Part shown: positions 24,668 to 38,777 of the stretch, in pieces | How positions within the stretch are numbered: the first letter of the stretch is position 1 | Layout: every line of letters begins with the position of its first letter | NCBI GenBank assembly: GCA_965112155.1 | Contig: OZ218105.1 | DNA from: Podarcis liolepis | Lineage: Eukaryota | Direction: 5' to 3' (one strand) | DNA length: 64,000 nucleotides | The notes under the pieces: model-generated | The model's database searches: none | What the model saw: the letters and a program-made list of their open reading frames with translations, nothing else | What the model was told of the DNA's origin: nothing | Made by a program: the position numbers and the translations under genes

Positions 24668-24910
24668 CAGTGGTACCTTGTGTTACATACGCTTCAGGTT
24701 ACATACACTTCAAGGTTACAGACTCCGCTAACCCAGAAATAGTACCTCAGGTTAAGAACTTTGCTTCAGGATGAGAACAGAAATCGCGTGGAAGCGGCAC
24801 AGCAGCAGCAGGAAGCCCCATTAGTTAAAGTGGTGCTTCAGGTTAAGAACAGTTTCAGGTTAAGAACGGACCTCCGGAACGAATTAAGTACGTAACCAGA
24901 GGTACCACTG
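24668..24910. mobile_element. Tigger-like MITE, TA TSD, with a small internal duplication
   Basis: ta|CAGTGGTACC...GGTACCACTG|ta; same family as 5261-5486. Confidence 0.9.
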
Positions 24911-27476
24911 TACAGTAATTGATTCCCCCCACTCTTTGTCTCATTTGCATGGTGTTTCCTTTGCATTCAAATGCATGGAGTGGAAAAAATTAATGACAGC
25001 ATAAGTTACAAAAGTTGCACAATTAATTATGAAAACTAAGTAAGTTTGTCACAGCAGACAGTAAGATTAATAATGTAGTTTTTGGCAGAAGACAAACGGA
25101 AGCAGAATGGGAACAGTTCTGCGTACAACAAATACAGGGTGGAATGGAAAATGATGCCTTCCATAATTTTTTGCTGCTTTAGGCAAGCCTTCCACCACCA
25201 CCACCCTTTTTTTTTAAAAAAAAAATCAAATTCAAACCCACCCCTCTCCATGACAGAAAATGCTATCCTATTCTGTGGGGAACAAATAGCCCCATGAAAA
25301 TGGGGGGGAGGGGGGAGGAAAGAGATTTCTGTTCCAGTGTTAATTAACACCAATTTAGTTACAAATGAGACATCTACAAGTGGTTCTCATTTAAACCTTG
25401 AAAAATCCTATCGCTTTGTTAATGGTGTTCAGTGAGTGGTGGTGATCAGTAAGTGGCTATGACTGGAGAAATGATTTTGCAGATTACACTGTGCAATCTC
25501 AAATGTGCTCTCTCTTTCTCTCCCAGCAATTTCGAAAACACATTTGCACAGTCTCTGAAAGGTTCATCAGATAGAGCTCCATCATTTCATACCATCTAGA
25601 ATCCAATCCAATCCTTATGGTAAATTGCCTTTAAACCTGACTCTGGTACAGCTCCATTGAAAATGATGGGTGGGTACAACAACCGTTTCCCAAATGTAGT
25701 TGTTCGGTCAGCTGCCAATCAGAAATGAATGCTTTCCCAATTTATCAGGTGCAAGAGTAGTATATGTGGCAAAATGGCAAGCCACCCATTGTTTAGTGGG
25801 AGTTGGCAGATATGAGAAATGGACAGCTGGACTTGACACTCTTCCACATTAGTTTTGTTGATTGGTGGTACTTCTGGCCAATCAAATAACCCCTTCTTGC
25901 TTGCCTGGCTATTTCCCCCCTTCATCCCTCCCCTCCATGTGAAGTGTGTCTTTGGCCTTCATTCCTTCGAGCTTCATTTGAACTTTCTTTATTTTGCCAT
26001 CTGGGGTGCTTCAGAGAAGATGTTTGCTCTCCTCACCCACCTCTTGGCTCAGCGGAGCGGATTGCAACAAAGTTTACAAACTGTTGAGTTAGAAGAATAT
26101 CATCACCGGCTTCTTCCCACTGTGAATCTCTTTATGAAGGAAATTCCACTCGGGGATACTGGCAAAACTCAAGCATCTTTGTCACTGTCACCGTTCATAC
26201 CCTTCCCAATTTGCTGGATATTCCCAATATCACTTCTGGATTTCTTGTAAATCAAAACCAAGCACTATTTGATTACCTCTCTCTGTAGTGGAAGGCGTTC
26301 CACAGCAGGAGATGCCGGGGAAAGCGTTATAGGATTTATTCATCTGTTTGCTTCCTTGGCTGGCAGTTTATTTCTAGTATTAGTTCCGTAATAGGTGGGG
26401 AATATATATTTTTTCTGTGACTGCTGTTGTGGAGCTTAAAAGGAGCCAAGCTGCCTCATCTTCCAGACCAGCCCTAGTAGCAGAACAGTTAGCTGTTCAT
26501 TGGGACTGAGAGCCGTTTCACACATTATGCAAAGCAAAACGAAGATGAGCATATAATCAAAAGGAAATTGCCATCAATCATTCTGCGCACACATGCTCAT
26601 AAACCAGCATGTGCCCCATTCACACTTTATGTTTGTAGGCAGGTCATGCAGATACCTCTTGTGTGCCGTTAAAAATATAATTTGTGAAATGACTCTTAGG
26701 GCGGAACTAGAAATGTGTGCAGCAAAACCTGGACAGCTGCTTCCATTAGGGCACAGCAGCTTTAGGTTTGAAGAGGAGATGTTGTGAGGAGAAGGGGGTA
26801 TTAAATCTTGTTGATGCTATCCAAAAAAGTCAGCCCATTGCAATGTAACAACGTGGCAAAGTTAGGTTGATTCATTTCAGTGGATCTGCTTTGAATCAAA
26901 CTCATGACTCCTGCCCCTGTATCTGCCTAATTTTCTGCTGCAACCTTTCCTCCCAGTCCTTCCGCTCCAGGATTTGAGATGCACATAAGGGTAAACCTGT
27001 ATCTGGAATCTTGCAGAGGATAGACAGGTCGCTGGGGAGTAGTGAGTTTCGGCAGCAAGGGAAAAGCAGGAATGTACATTTTGGAGATGAGTGTGCATGC
27101 AGTCATCCTGACAGCCACCTGCACATGTATACAGGAACCACGAACATGTGTCCTATGTAACACCTGCACAGAATAGTGTTAGTAAGAGCATGGTGAGAGA
27201 ACATCACCTGTACTCCTTTGTCTCAGGAGGTCTTTATCTGAGACACTCAAACATCTTTTATTTCTCAGGAACACTGTGTTAACTCAAGCCCAAAGGGAGC
27301 ATTTAATTGATTTCTTCTTCTTCTTGCTTTTTTCAAAGACTTTATGATAATTATCCTCAGCTGTTGCAAAGATAAAATGAGGATGACCAGCATAGTTTCA
27401 TTTTTCTTTTCTTTGTTTATGTTCACAGAGTTGTCCTGGGCAAGTTTCACTGCTGGGCTCTTTATTTAGTCTAAAG

Positions 27477-27681
27477 CAATATTCCATATGGCCCCCTGTC
27501 CTTCTGTCCCCCAGATATTCCAAGGGGGACACAGGTGAAATTATTTAATTTTAAAAATTATAAATAAAACATGTTTACAAACAAAATAGCTACCTTTCTA
27601 CCAGTAGGATAGCGGGGAGCACAGGAAGGAAACAAGGTTAGAAGGGGGGCCACACAGTCGGAAAAAGGTTGAGAAACACTG
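27477..27681. mobile_element. hAT-Charlie-type MITE, 8-bp TSD GTCTAAAG
   Basis: gtctaaag|caatattcc...ggttgagaaacactg|gtctaaag; TSD resembles the NTCTAGAN target preference. Confidence 0.7.
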
Positions 27682-28378
27682 GTCTAAAGAATGAAAAACC
27701 CATTTAGCAGCAGAATACTGTGACCCTTCAAATGTTTTTTTTGGACTCCAGCTGTTATCAGCCACAGCCAATATGGCCAATGGCTAGGGAATTATGGGAG
27801 TTGGAGTCCAGTAACCTCTGGAAGGCTACAGGTTCCCCATCTCTGCTATAACACAATGACATTTAAAAAATAAGGGGTTTCTCCTTCCTTCTTGGCCCAG
27901 CCTGAACTTGGGACAGGATAAGCAGTGAACCTCTGATGAAGTCCACCACCTTCTCTCACCCAAACACACACACACTTGAGCTTTTCCCTGTCCATAACTT
28001 TTTCAGCTTAAGAAGCCCAAAAATTCTTACTGCCAGAATGTGTCCACATTCTTTGTGAAAGCATCAAAACCAACTTCAACCAGTCCCACCTTCATTTATT
28101 TTTTAAATGTAGTTTGTGGGGGAAAGAGTTTTCAAAGACAGGGAAGAACAGTGGTTTAAAATAAGTGAAAACAGAACCTATTGGGGGAAAATTATTCTGT
28201 ACAAACAATAAAACATTCCTGTTTTGTTCAGCATTACCACTCAAAAATCAGAATTGCTACATAGGATAATGAAGTCATCCAAAAGTCTGTAGGCAACAGA
28301 CCAGTTCGGTATTTAATAATAGATACTATTAAGAACAATGACAGTTGCTAGATTTGCCCACCAGTATGGTTAAGGACA

Positions 28379-28732
28379 GGGGACGTAGGTGGCGCTGTGG
28401 GTTAAACCACAGAGCCTAGGACTTGCCGATCAGAAGGTCGTCGGTTCAAATCCCCATGACGGGGTGAGCTCCAGTTGCTCGGTCCCAGCTCCTGCCAACC
28501 TAGCAGTTCGAAAGCACGTCAAAGTGCAAGTAGATAAATAGGTACCGTTCCGGTGGGAAGCTAAACGGCATTTCCATGCGCTGTTCTGGTTCACCAGAAG
28601 TGGCTTAGTCATGCTGGCCACATGACCCGGAAGCTGTACACCGGCTCCCTTGGCCAATAAAGCGAGATGTGTGCCGCAACCCCAGAATCGGTCACTACTG
28701 GACCTAATGGTCGGTGTCCCTTTACCTTTACC
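28379..28732 (+). mobile_element. Sauria SINE (Squam1), 13-bp TSD
   Basis: gggacg..ggtggcgctgtgggttaaacc...tttacctttac tail; TSD tatggttaaggac at 28365 and 28733. Confidence 0.92.
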
Positions 28733-29599
28733 TATGGTTAAGGACTGGACAGGCCATAATTTTTCCAGTTATTGCCACTTCACCTTCGATCTCATCTATA
28801 GAAGTGCTGTAATTGTTGGAGAGGCTACCACTAAATAGGGCAAGGCCCAGTACTCAAAATGGCAGAATCTCAGGATAAGCAAGGAAGCCTTCCCTTCACA
28901 AAGGCACTCTGCTCATTCACAGAGGCTCTATACCAGCATCTTTACAACAGGTGTCATGAACATCTTAAGGGTGAAAACAAAAAGGTGTCAGGTTTCCTGA
29001 CTTTCCCACACTGCTTTAGCAGAGGTAGAACATCTAAACTCACTTTTTCCAACAGTTTTGGAATGAGAATTTCATTTGCCGGAAGATCAATATCCGAGTT
29101 TTAAGGAAAAAAACAAGATAATGAAACAAGTAGATCCCATCTCTGCAGGCTCAGTAGACTGCTATTACCATGGAAAGAAGGAAATATTCATCAGGTAAAT
29201 TATTCATGGAAATGTTCGCTTCTTTGCAGCAAGCAAAATGAGGCCTTGTGCAGCCCTCTCTCTGTTTGGGGGGCACTGCTGTATCGACATTTTGAAGAGA
29301 GAGGGAAGGCTTCACCTTGAGTGGACGTAAGTGATTGATGCACAAGCTTGATGTGGAGCCTAGTCCTAGGCAGAGCTAGGCACGCCTTGGCCGATTTATT
29401 TCATAGAATCGTATAGCTGGAAGAAGGACGATTCAAGTCACCTAATCCACACACACCCTCAATGCAAGAAACTCTAGTTCTAGTGCATTCCCTGCAGATG
29501 GTTATCCAGCCTCTGCAAGGAAACTTCCCCTGTAGAAAACTGGCTTCATTGTCAAAGTGGTCTTTCCACCAAGATATTTTTTTCCTTAATGTTCAGTGG

Positions 29600-30124
29600 C
29601 ATAGCTGTCAAGCGTCCCTTATTTGGCGGGACAGTCCCTTATCCCAGCGCCATGTCCCGATGCTGTCCCATATTGATAATGTCCCTTAAATTTCCCGGGT
29701 TTCAAAAGAAGCAGCTCCTCTCCCTCCCTCCTTGCCAGCCACTTTCTTCCCTGTGCCCCCGGTCACATCTCCCGTGCGGCTTGCTTGTTGTGCCATGCTT
29801 TTTGCGCTGCTGGCATCTGCCCTTCTCATCATCCATCACGGTTTGGGGGGGGGGGGAGAAAAGCAGAGACTGTGATGAGGTGGGGATGACTGATATATGT
29901 TTATGTGCTTTAAAATGAAATGAGAGCAGGCTTCCATTCAAAGGGTTAAACCCGCCGCTTTCCCTCCACGTAGAAAGCGCAACTTTGGCAACGAGGAGTA
30001 GCAGAACTGTTGCTATTAGCTGAGTTCTTTACTTTGGGACCTGTGATCCCTTATTTTGGCTGATGATCTCTTATTTTCGAGGCTGTTGGTCCCTTATTTT
30101 CAAATCTGAAAGTTGACAGCTATG
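29600..30124. mobile_element. hAT MITE (525 bp), same TIR as the 91-bp element
   Basis: ttcagtgg|CATAGCTGTCAA...TTGACAGCTATG|ttcactgg (7/8 TSD). Confidence 0.85.
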
Positions 30125-30251
30125 TTCACTGGTAATCTATTCTCCTGCACCTTAAACCCCTAAAATCTTTTCTTACCCTTCTGAGCAGCAAAGAACAAGT
30201 ATCCACCCTCTTCTGTGTAGCAGAGCTTCAGGTATTTGAATAATGTGATCA

Positions 30252-30781
30252 TGATGAGGAGATTTCACCCCTCCCATATCCAAGAATCTGCTGATGTTCT
30301 CTGCTGATTCTCCAGAGAGGAGGGGCGGTTTTCTGCTCTCTACTTATTCCGCTCCAGCACCACATCAAAGTGTCAGTCAGTGTGTCAGAGAGAGAGAGAC
30401 TGAGTGTTAGAGATCGTGTGTATAGATAAGGTTGCTGCTAAGAGCAGCTGCAGACACTCAGTGCAGTTCAGCATTCATTTTTGTTTAGACCTCATTTAGC
30501 TCTGTATATAGTTGTGTATTATAGTTGTAGATAGAATAAAGAAGATATTCTACGGAGCTGCTCTCCAAGTCGTTTATGCTCTGCTATACTCTGCTGTGCG
30601 ACGACTGTCTTCTTGTGGAAGTGAATCCGGTGCTCACAACTCTAAGCTGTGAGTCCACAGCACTTTGACCTGTTCCTGTGCAGAAGGTGGTCTCTGGAAG
30701 TGCTACCCAGCTCGCCTAGCCCAGTCCGGGCTGAAGTGAATGAGTCCAGTTGGTGGCACTGGCTCAAGGGTGATGCTGACA
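30252..30781 (+). mobile_element. Probable solo LTR (~530 bp), TSD CATG
   Basis: Interrupts the CR1 at atcatg; ends ...CTGACA|catg; AATAAA at 30535-30540. Confidence 0.6.
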
Positions 30782-33149
30782 CATGTCTGCTTTCCACCTT
30801 TCCCAGGCTAAACGTAGCACGTTCCTTCAGCCTTCCTTCTGCATTTGATCTCCAGGTTGTTGAACCATCATTCTTGCCCACCTCTGAACCCATTTCTATT
30901 TCCCTTCACTGTACTTAAAATGCAGCAGTCAAAAGTGGATGCTGTACCCCAAATGAGGTGTCAGTAGCTGTGCAGAATAAAGTGGAACTCTAGTTGTTGT
31001 GACTTGCAAACAAGGGATCTCTTAATGAAGCCAAAGATCACATTAGCATGGCTCGTTTTATGTTCAGCTTCTGATCAACTACAATTCTGAAATTATTTTG
31101 GCCTGTACTGCTGCCAGTCGAGGTATCTCTCATTCCACACCTGTGCATTTGATTTCCTCCCTTTCTTCTTTTGGGGACAGGGGTTGGAGGCTGAATGCGT
31201 AGCTTTGTACTTCCCTTTGTTATGTTTCATTTTGCTGATTTCCTCAGGGACAGATGCAGCAGTCAGGAGGATAGGGGCCCCAAAATCAGCCCACCCACAA
31301 TTGCCCTGCATACCTCAATTATTTTGGCTTTCCACTCCTCCTTCTCTATATTTGACCCTATCCTTCCTGTGGTTTAGTTTTTGTGCAAAAATGGAAATAA
31401 GACGTTGGTGGCTGTGGGGTTCCAATGAGGGAAGGGAATCAAAACTCTAGCTGTGTCAAAACAATTTTGCCCATTCACACTCTGCTGCAGAGGCAGGACT
31501 TGATAAGAGCTGTAATCCATAAGCTCTGGAGGGCACTAGGTTGTGGAAGGCTAATTCTGTGCAATGTCAGAATAACCACCACAAATCAATTCTGAAAATG
31601 CTATGGGAGGCTAGCACAGGAAACACTAGCCTACAACCATCTGACTGTACTATTGTATGGAAGGTCTGCAATAAGTAAATTAATGAAAGACAGCAAGTCC
31701 AGAGAGTAAGATACGTACATGTCAAAATCTCCTTCCACTGCTAGCTGCATCCATCCATGTTCTCACCATGAACTGCCCATTCATTTCAGATGCATCTTAC
31801 ATATGTAGCCCTCCTTTCCCCCCTTCCTCTTCCTTGTTTTACATGCTTTCATTTTCATTCACTGGCAATCCGCCAACTGTGAAAAGAGTAACTTGTTGCA
31901 AAGCATTTGCCTGGAGAATTTTGGGTCATGGTGCTTTGGCTGTGGAGATGGCTGGAGGCGTTTGGCTAAGCAACCTGTTCAGTGGATTGTGGATGCCTTC
32001 ATAGTTCTTCATGTGATGAACACTGCCAGTATCAGCTTACGGTCTGCATGGAGAAGCTAATCTGTCTTGAGTGGAAGGGATGGAGCTAGGCAGCAACATA
32101 CTTTACACCTTACCTCATGCCAGCTGAAACGATTACTAGATTTTATGGAAGCTCCTTTTTCTACAGTTAATGGCTTTATAACAAAAGCAGGAGGACCACC
32201 TCACCTCTCTGCATAGCTTTTCCTTCCTGATTATCACTGAGAAACAGACTAGAAAAGCTATGAGGAGAGAAAATGTTGCCGGAGACCAATGGAGATTTTT
32301 TTGTCTCCAGGTCTAGACTCTGCTAAGACAAATGGAGAGAGACACAGAATTGATCTGCACAATGTCTTTCCTTATTCCTAAGCCTAACTCGGAAAACACT
32401 TCCTGTTGCAGATGTAAGTGATTTTAAAATGGTATGCTTATTATTTGCAAGCATGTGTCTATAAATATTAGCAAGTGACTGATGTAATTGGGAGGAAAAG
32501 GGAAAGATTGCTAATGTAGTTTCATGGCCAAAGTAGGTGCTTGTGTGAAGATGTCCCTCTGTGTGTGGCGAGGCTCTCTCAAACCTGACCCACCCCACCT
32601 CGTTCTTCTCTCTTGATTCCACCTAATACTCACACTTTGAATGAAAAGAAGGCTGTGTTTTGGTGTTCATATTGTTCAGGAAAGTGCAGATTTAAAATAT
32701 CCACCTTTAAATGTGAACTGAATCAGATTACTACCCCATTCCTATGCCCAAATTATGGACCTACTCCTTCGGGAGGAGGGGTGCAACTGGTTAGCATGCA
32801 CGGATCCTGCAGCTACACAGGTTTAAAACAATGCAGCAATGCCTCCTTAAAGCAACAGGTCTTAGTGATGCCCTGTCGGTCTCGGGGAGATTAGTGCAGG
32901 TAATATGGGCAGTTTTTTGTTTTTGTTTTAATCTGTGGGACTATCCTCAAGAGCAATGGAGTATTATCAAGCTTTGAACGTTGTTTTGAACTCATGCAGT
33001 AGCAGGAGCCCCATATTCTGGCTAGATCCTCATCCAGTAGGTTTTTCACTTTTTAGAGAAGATGGGAAAGGAAGGCAGCCCTCAGACCACTTCATAATTG
33101 GAATTCATAATCAATTAAGGAATCCACTGTCAAATGTATAGATTTGAAA

Positions 33150-33800
33150 TTGGGCTGTGAACTGATATGCACAATTGATATGGACAAATTTGATCAGGGT
33201 TTGGGAACCAAACCTGCTGGATTCATCTCCAATCCCTACTCCAGGCATAATTTCAGCACCAGCATAACTTCATCTGGTCTGGATAGTATGGAAAAATAAA
33301 GCTGAGTGGAATCCAGATACTGGAAACACTGAACTCCCTGATGATCACGCTAAGAATTTTCATGTAGAAGAACATGTAGATAAATAGCATAGGAGACAGT
33401 ACAGAACCCCGTGGAGCCTCATATTGCAACTGCTATGAGGCTGAGCAGGAACCTCCAATGACCACTTTCTGGACATGTCCCTGCAGGTAGGAGTGAACCA
33501 TGTCTCTCACTTCCAACCCACATAACCACTCCATAGTCATTGGTATCAAAAGATATGGAGAGTTCAGGGGAAATCCACAGGGTTGCACTCCCCATGTCTC
33601 TTTCCCAAAACAGGTAATCAAAGCTGTTTTGGTGCTGAAATCAGCTCTGAGGCCAGTTCGGAATGGGTAGGGACAACTTGGTTCATCCAGCCATGTCCAC
33701 AAGCCTGTTGCACAGTCACCAATATTATGATGACGTTGCCCCCAAAACTATTGTGAAGTGCTTTTCATGCATCTTAGAGCCAAGGCAGGGATCTTGAGGA
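33150..33800 (-). mobile_element. Decayed L2 reverse-transcriptase fragment
   Basis: ORF 33433-33702 PFRTGLRADFSTKTAL...SYLQGHVQKVVIGGSCS resembles L2 PFQSGFR..STETAL...SYL.GR.Q.V. Confidence 0.65.
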
Positions 33801-33954
33801 GTAGCTATGCCACACTTTGATCTCTCTCTAGGGGGCATTTACCATTCCCTCCAACTACCTGACACCTTCAGACTTGTCTGCAATTTGCAAGAGCTTGGTG
33901 GTATACCTGGATATAGAGAACTCCCGTCAGAAAGTTACATGCACGACCATCACT

Positions 33955-34215
33955 TAGAATTATAGCATCAGAAAAGGCTGTAAAGGTCATCTGGTCCAAT
34001 GTCCTGTGGATGCAAGAAATTCAGTGCTACAACAGCATTAATAGGAGTCCATCAAGACTCTGCATATAAAACTCTAACAAAGGAGGACACTTCCTTCGGA
34101 GACAGTCGTTTCCACTGTCAAACAGCTCATACCATCAGGACGTTCTTCCTAACACTTAGTCAATAAGGCTTTTCTTGTAATTTTAACCCACTGGTTCAGG
34201 TCTTACCCAGAAAAG
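33955..34215 (-). mobile_element. Old CR1 3' end
   Basis: tagaattatag...aaggtcatctggtccaa...ttccactgtcaaacagctc...ttcttcctaa. Confidence 0.6.
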
Positions 34216-36795
34216 ATCACAGGATTAAGTGCTCATATATTTGGCTTGAGAATGCATCTAATTACCATATCTTCTTTGAAAAGGACCTTCAAGAACATTT
34301 GAGAAATAAAACAAGACCTGAGATATAAATGAAACTTGTGGAATGGATGAGCACTTCTGGGGAGTGATCATAATAGGCAAATATATTCACTTCTGTTATA
34401 TTGGTACATGTCCCTTGATTTCCGTAAATGCATATCAATATTTGCAAGAAATTCCATTTTGGGGGCACTAAACTTGAGAACGCATCAAGGACAACCCAAT
34501 AGGAGGTTTTCTCGGGGGAAACATAAAAACAAAGGAATAGATCGACTGAAGCCAGAGGTATATTTGGAAGCATCTGTTGAGAGATTGTAGCAGAAACATG
34601 AGATCAAAGAAGAGAAGATGAAAACAGACTCCCGAGACACCCCTCTTTTTGATTGTATTGTTGCTTTGGTGCTTGAAGAAACATTAAGTTACTTGGGATC
34701 ACAAAGACACACATACTAAAAATATGCATAAGCACCCATCTGAATTTTAATTTAAATGTTCCCCTTTATCGTTTTTTGTAAAATTCTAAGCTAGCTTCAG
34801 AATTGTCTTGACCAATGCTAATTGTCTCTAGCTGGGACTAAGTGGTATCCCCTTTTATTTTACTGGGTTGTGTGTGTTTTTTAAGAAAGACTACAAGATT
34901 TCAACACACAAACACACTGGGTCCTAACACAGAGAAATAGGCAATTAGTGCATAGAGCTATTTGTGACCTGATAGCTAAATCAAGAGAGAGGTGCTTAGG
35001 CTTGGTCGAATGAGGGCCACTTTATTTAAGAGTAAACCCATAATAGAGCTCCTGCAGAGGGAAACACTATTGGTGTGGAAGCAAACCTTAAATTGAAGAA
35101 TGTGCAGCCTCTGTGATGACCCAAACCCATTCCAGCAAGAACTGGAGGCACGGCTGTCCAACCCCATTCTCAGGCCACATCATAAAGGTGGGTATGAAGG
35201 CCTATGCTGCTCTACACACAGCATAGACCCCATAGTTTCAGGCCAATGATGCTAATTAGCTTCAGTGTTGACCTCTATCCTACCCTTAGCCCAGAGAGTA
35301 GGCATCAAGGCCAGCCCATCACACCCTGAAAGGTGCCTAAAGAGGGTCACCAGTCTGGAATTCCCTTTTCTCCCCAAAGTGGCTAAATTAAACACCACAT
35401 GAACCTAACAACACAGCAGACTGCCAACACCCAGCTACTCAGTCTGGAGTTGGTGAGAAAAACCAACCAAGCAAGAAAGTGGATTAGCAAAAAAATCCTA
35501 CATGGCCCCAAAGTCACTAAGGAGTCCTCCTGAGAGTCAGGGAGGGAAGGACAGTGCTGTAGTGAAGAGGAGGAGGAGAGAGTGGAGGAAGGTGAACGAG
35601 TCCATATGTCCTCTTTTTGCAGTACGTGTCCTCTTTTTCATGAGTATGTAAAATGAAAGCCGTCATAGCGATCCATAGTTAAACGCAGAAGTTGGCAAAT
35701 GTGTCGTATTTTTTGCTCTTCAAATTATGGGAGCCCTACCTTAAATAGTTCTCCAACATTGCCCTGCACCATGCACCAGGTACGTTTGATCTCATCAGCT
35801 GAATAGGCTACAAATGTCCCCTGCTGGCAGGTAGCTGGGCAGTAGCATGGTGGAATGGATTAAGAACCTGTCTTGTATCAATTCATACTATCATCATCAT
35901 AATTTTATTTGTATGCCACCTTTCCATAGTCGAAGCTACGCTCAAGGCGGCTTACAACATGGCAAGTTTTACATAATTACAAACATAACAGAAGTCATAA
36001 ACAATAAATAAAACACATCAAAAATACACAACCAAATGGAAGCAATTTCCGTGTAAATCATAAGGTCTAAAACTAAAGATACAACAATAATATTAATAAC
36101 AGCAACAGCTCTCTTAACCTCCCATAAACAATACTCCAGTCCAAGAATCTGTTCAACAGCTTCAGCTTTTGTAGTTGGAGTCAGTCCGCACTCCACTCTC
36201 TCAGGCCAGATGGGAAAGGGCCAGCAAGGCAGGGTGCAGGTCTTCCAGGGCTTACAGCCAAGATGGTCTCATTTAAAACAACACAGATAAAAATTAAAAA
36301 CAATTTAAAATCAGCCACAGTCCTTGTGAAGCCTGTGAAGCCCCGCCCCAAGCCAGGTGGAAGGAGGCAGGCAGTCCTCCTGGGCAGCAACAGCAGCAGT
36401 CCTTAAGAGCAGAAGTCCTTGAGAGTCCTTAAGAACAGCTATGTGAATACTGTTTCTACAGTGACTGGCAACAGCTCTCCAGGGTTTCAGAAAGGACTTA
36501 GTCCTATCTGGAGATGCCAGGATTGAAGCTGGGAATTTTGGTAGGTAAATGACCTTATCACCGAGCCCTTCCTATGACTTTACAATGACAATGCATTTGA
36601 AAGGGATAACAAAGGATTGGAGGTAGGGCAATGGTTCACAGAGGAGAAGCTTTGCACCAGCTCCAATCCCAGGAATCTCTGGTTATAGCCTGAAATCATG
36701 GATAATTGATGCCGGGAGGAGAAGGAAGTATTGAGGTACAAGGACCAATGGTCTAATTCAATTTAAGTCAGCTTTCTTTGTGCTTAAGTTTTACT

Positions 36796-37194
36796 CAGTA
36801 CGTTTCCGAGCACAATTCAAAGTGTTGGTGCTGACCTTTAAAGCCCTAAACAGCCTCGGTCCGGTATACCTGAAGGAGCGTCTCCACCCTCATTGTTCAG
36901 CCTGGACACTGAGATCTAGCGCTGAGGGCCTTCTGGCGGTTCCCTCACTGCAAGAAGCAAAGCTACAAGGAACCAGGCAGAGGGCCTTCTTGGTAGTGGT
37001 GCCTGCCCTGTGGAATGCCCTCCCATCAGGTGTCAAAAAGATAAAAAACTACCTGACATTTAGAAGACACCTGAAGGCAGCCCTGGTTAGGGAAGTTTTT
37101 AATGTGTGACAGTTTAATGTATTTTTAATCTTTGTTGGAAGCCGCCCAGAGTGGCTGGGGAAACCCAGCCAGATGGGCAGGGTACAAATCATAA

Positions 37195-37233
<39 letters not shown>
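36796..37233 (+). mobile_element. Young 5'-truncated L2 LINE with (TTA)n tail
   Basis: ORF 36780-37109 VRFRAQFKVLVLTFKALN...WNALP...FRRHLK, close to the 21-kb copy in opposite orientation. Confidence 0.9.
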
Positions 37234-37235
<2 letters not shown>

Positions 37236-38255
37236 GCAGTAAAGTTGCATTTTTAAGAGTAAAATAGATACTGTGAAGGATTTCTCCCCACTTCCTTGCT
37301 TTCTCCCTAGAGACTGTATACTGTTTTCTTGTAGGGACAAATGCTTCCCTTCTTCTGGAGCTGTTATATAAATGTCCTTTTCCAGCTAAGAAAGTTGGGT
37401 TGTGCCTGAGGCAAAGTACGCTAGTTTTTAGGCAAGTCATTTTTATAGATTTTGGAAATGTCTAGTTGAACAAGATAGACCACACTTGCATCATACAGGA
37501 AGATAACAGCCTGGTAAATGGGCATATGCTTTCATCTTTTCACATGGCTAAAAATCCCTCAACAGATCTTGGCAAGTAAAAACTAAACTGATCTGCTGTC
37601 AAGTGGATTGATTGGCAGAAGGCTCAGGCAGCTGGGGTGGGGGAAAAATACTTCTCTGTACAAGACGTAATTCATTTATCAAATTCCTAGTCACAAGGTG
37701 GGCTGGTGGCTAGTACTTTAAACAGATTTAGACCAATACATTTTTATTGCCAAAACTTGAATCAGAAAGTACTGTGAATGTGGAGGTCATTTAGTGAATC
37801 CGCTGTTACTGTGATGTTCATCGTCACTGAGCCTTTATGTACCATGCCAAGCACTCTGACTCTTATTTTCATTTTGCTCGGAAAAGACTAAGAATAAAGC
37901 TTATGGACAACAAATGCAAGAAAGTTCTAGTTTGTACCGAATGACCTTGATCTGAATTGGTTAATGAAATGCATTAAGTATGCACACCAGTGTGAGAACT
38001 CCAGACATGCAGACGTCTTTCTCCTAAGCTAACTCATAACTTAATCAAGTTATCCAAGAGCAGATCTTGAAACTGATCCTCTTACGAGCCCGTTTAAGTA
38101 CCACTCTTAAAGTACTATCACTGCCTTAGCCTCCACATGAAGGTATATACAGGAATTCAATCTCTCTGTTCATGACTTTAATTATGCTGCTGGTCCAACT
38201 TAAGTGCTGCTTGCCTAACTTTTCATTCATTCTGTAACAACCTCCATATTGCTTG

Positions 38256-38777
38256 CAGGGCTGTCTTAAGCATATGCAGCGCCGAGGTGCACAAATCCGC
38301 CTGGTGCCCCCCCCCCGCCAGGTTGCCCAGAATTATCAACCTTTTTTTTAGCAGAGGAGCCCAGCGCAAAAAACCAGCCCGAGGTAAGAGGTGGCCGGCT
38401 GCCTCAGTAGCAACAGAGGATACCGAGGCGGCGGCAGCAGCAAGGCTGGGGCCGGGTGCCTTGGGGGGGGGGTCAGCGATAAAGCAGAGTCCACAACAGT
38501 TGAGCCCGAGGTGGCAGCCTTGTGTGAGCCGTGTGTGTGCGCTGGGCGGGCCTCTCGGTGGCCTGCCTATCTGAGCCCCACAGGAGGGCGGAGCCACCCG
38601 GCTGCCTCAGTGCCCGCAGCAGAAAATCCTGCGGTGCTCCGACAGGCTCTGCTCCACTCGGCAATGGCTTTCGGCTGGCCTGGCTCTGTTCAATCCCTGT
38701 ACTCTAAATCTCGGCCCCGGACTCTCAGCCTGGCTCTCAGCCCTGCACCCCTAGCGCTTATGGGTAAGACGGTCCTG
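38256..38777. mobile_element. hAT MITE (522 bp), 8-bp TSD
   Basis: attgcttg|CAGGGCTGTCTTA...TAAGACGGTCCTG|gttgcttg; inverted relative to 17607-17903. Confidence 0.85.

Larger units (their letters stand above)
29402..31150 (-). mobile_element. Old CR1 LINE 3' region interrupted by a hAT MITE and a solo LTR
   Basis: catagaatc tail at 29402; CR1-like segments ccagcctctgc, ggtatttgaa...atcatg|tc...ccaggctaaac continue across both insertions. Confidence 0.65.

Noticed and set aside
25855-26250. 131-aa plus-strand ORF
   Set aside because: Non-ATG start, no domain motifs; probably a chance ORF in unique DNA
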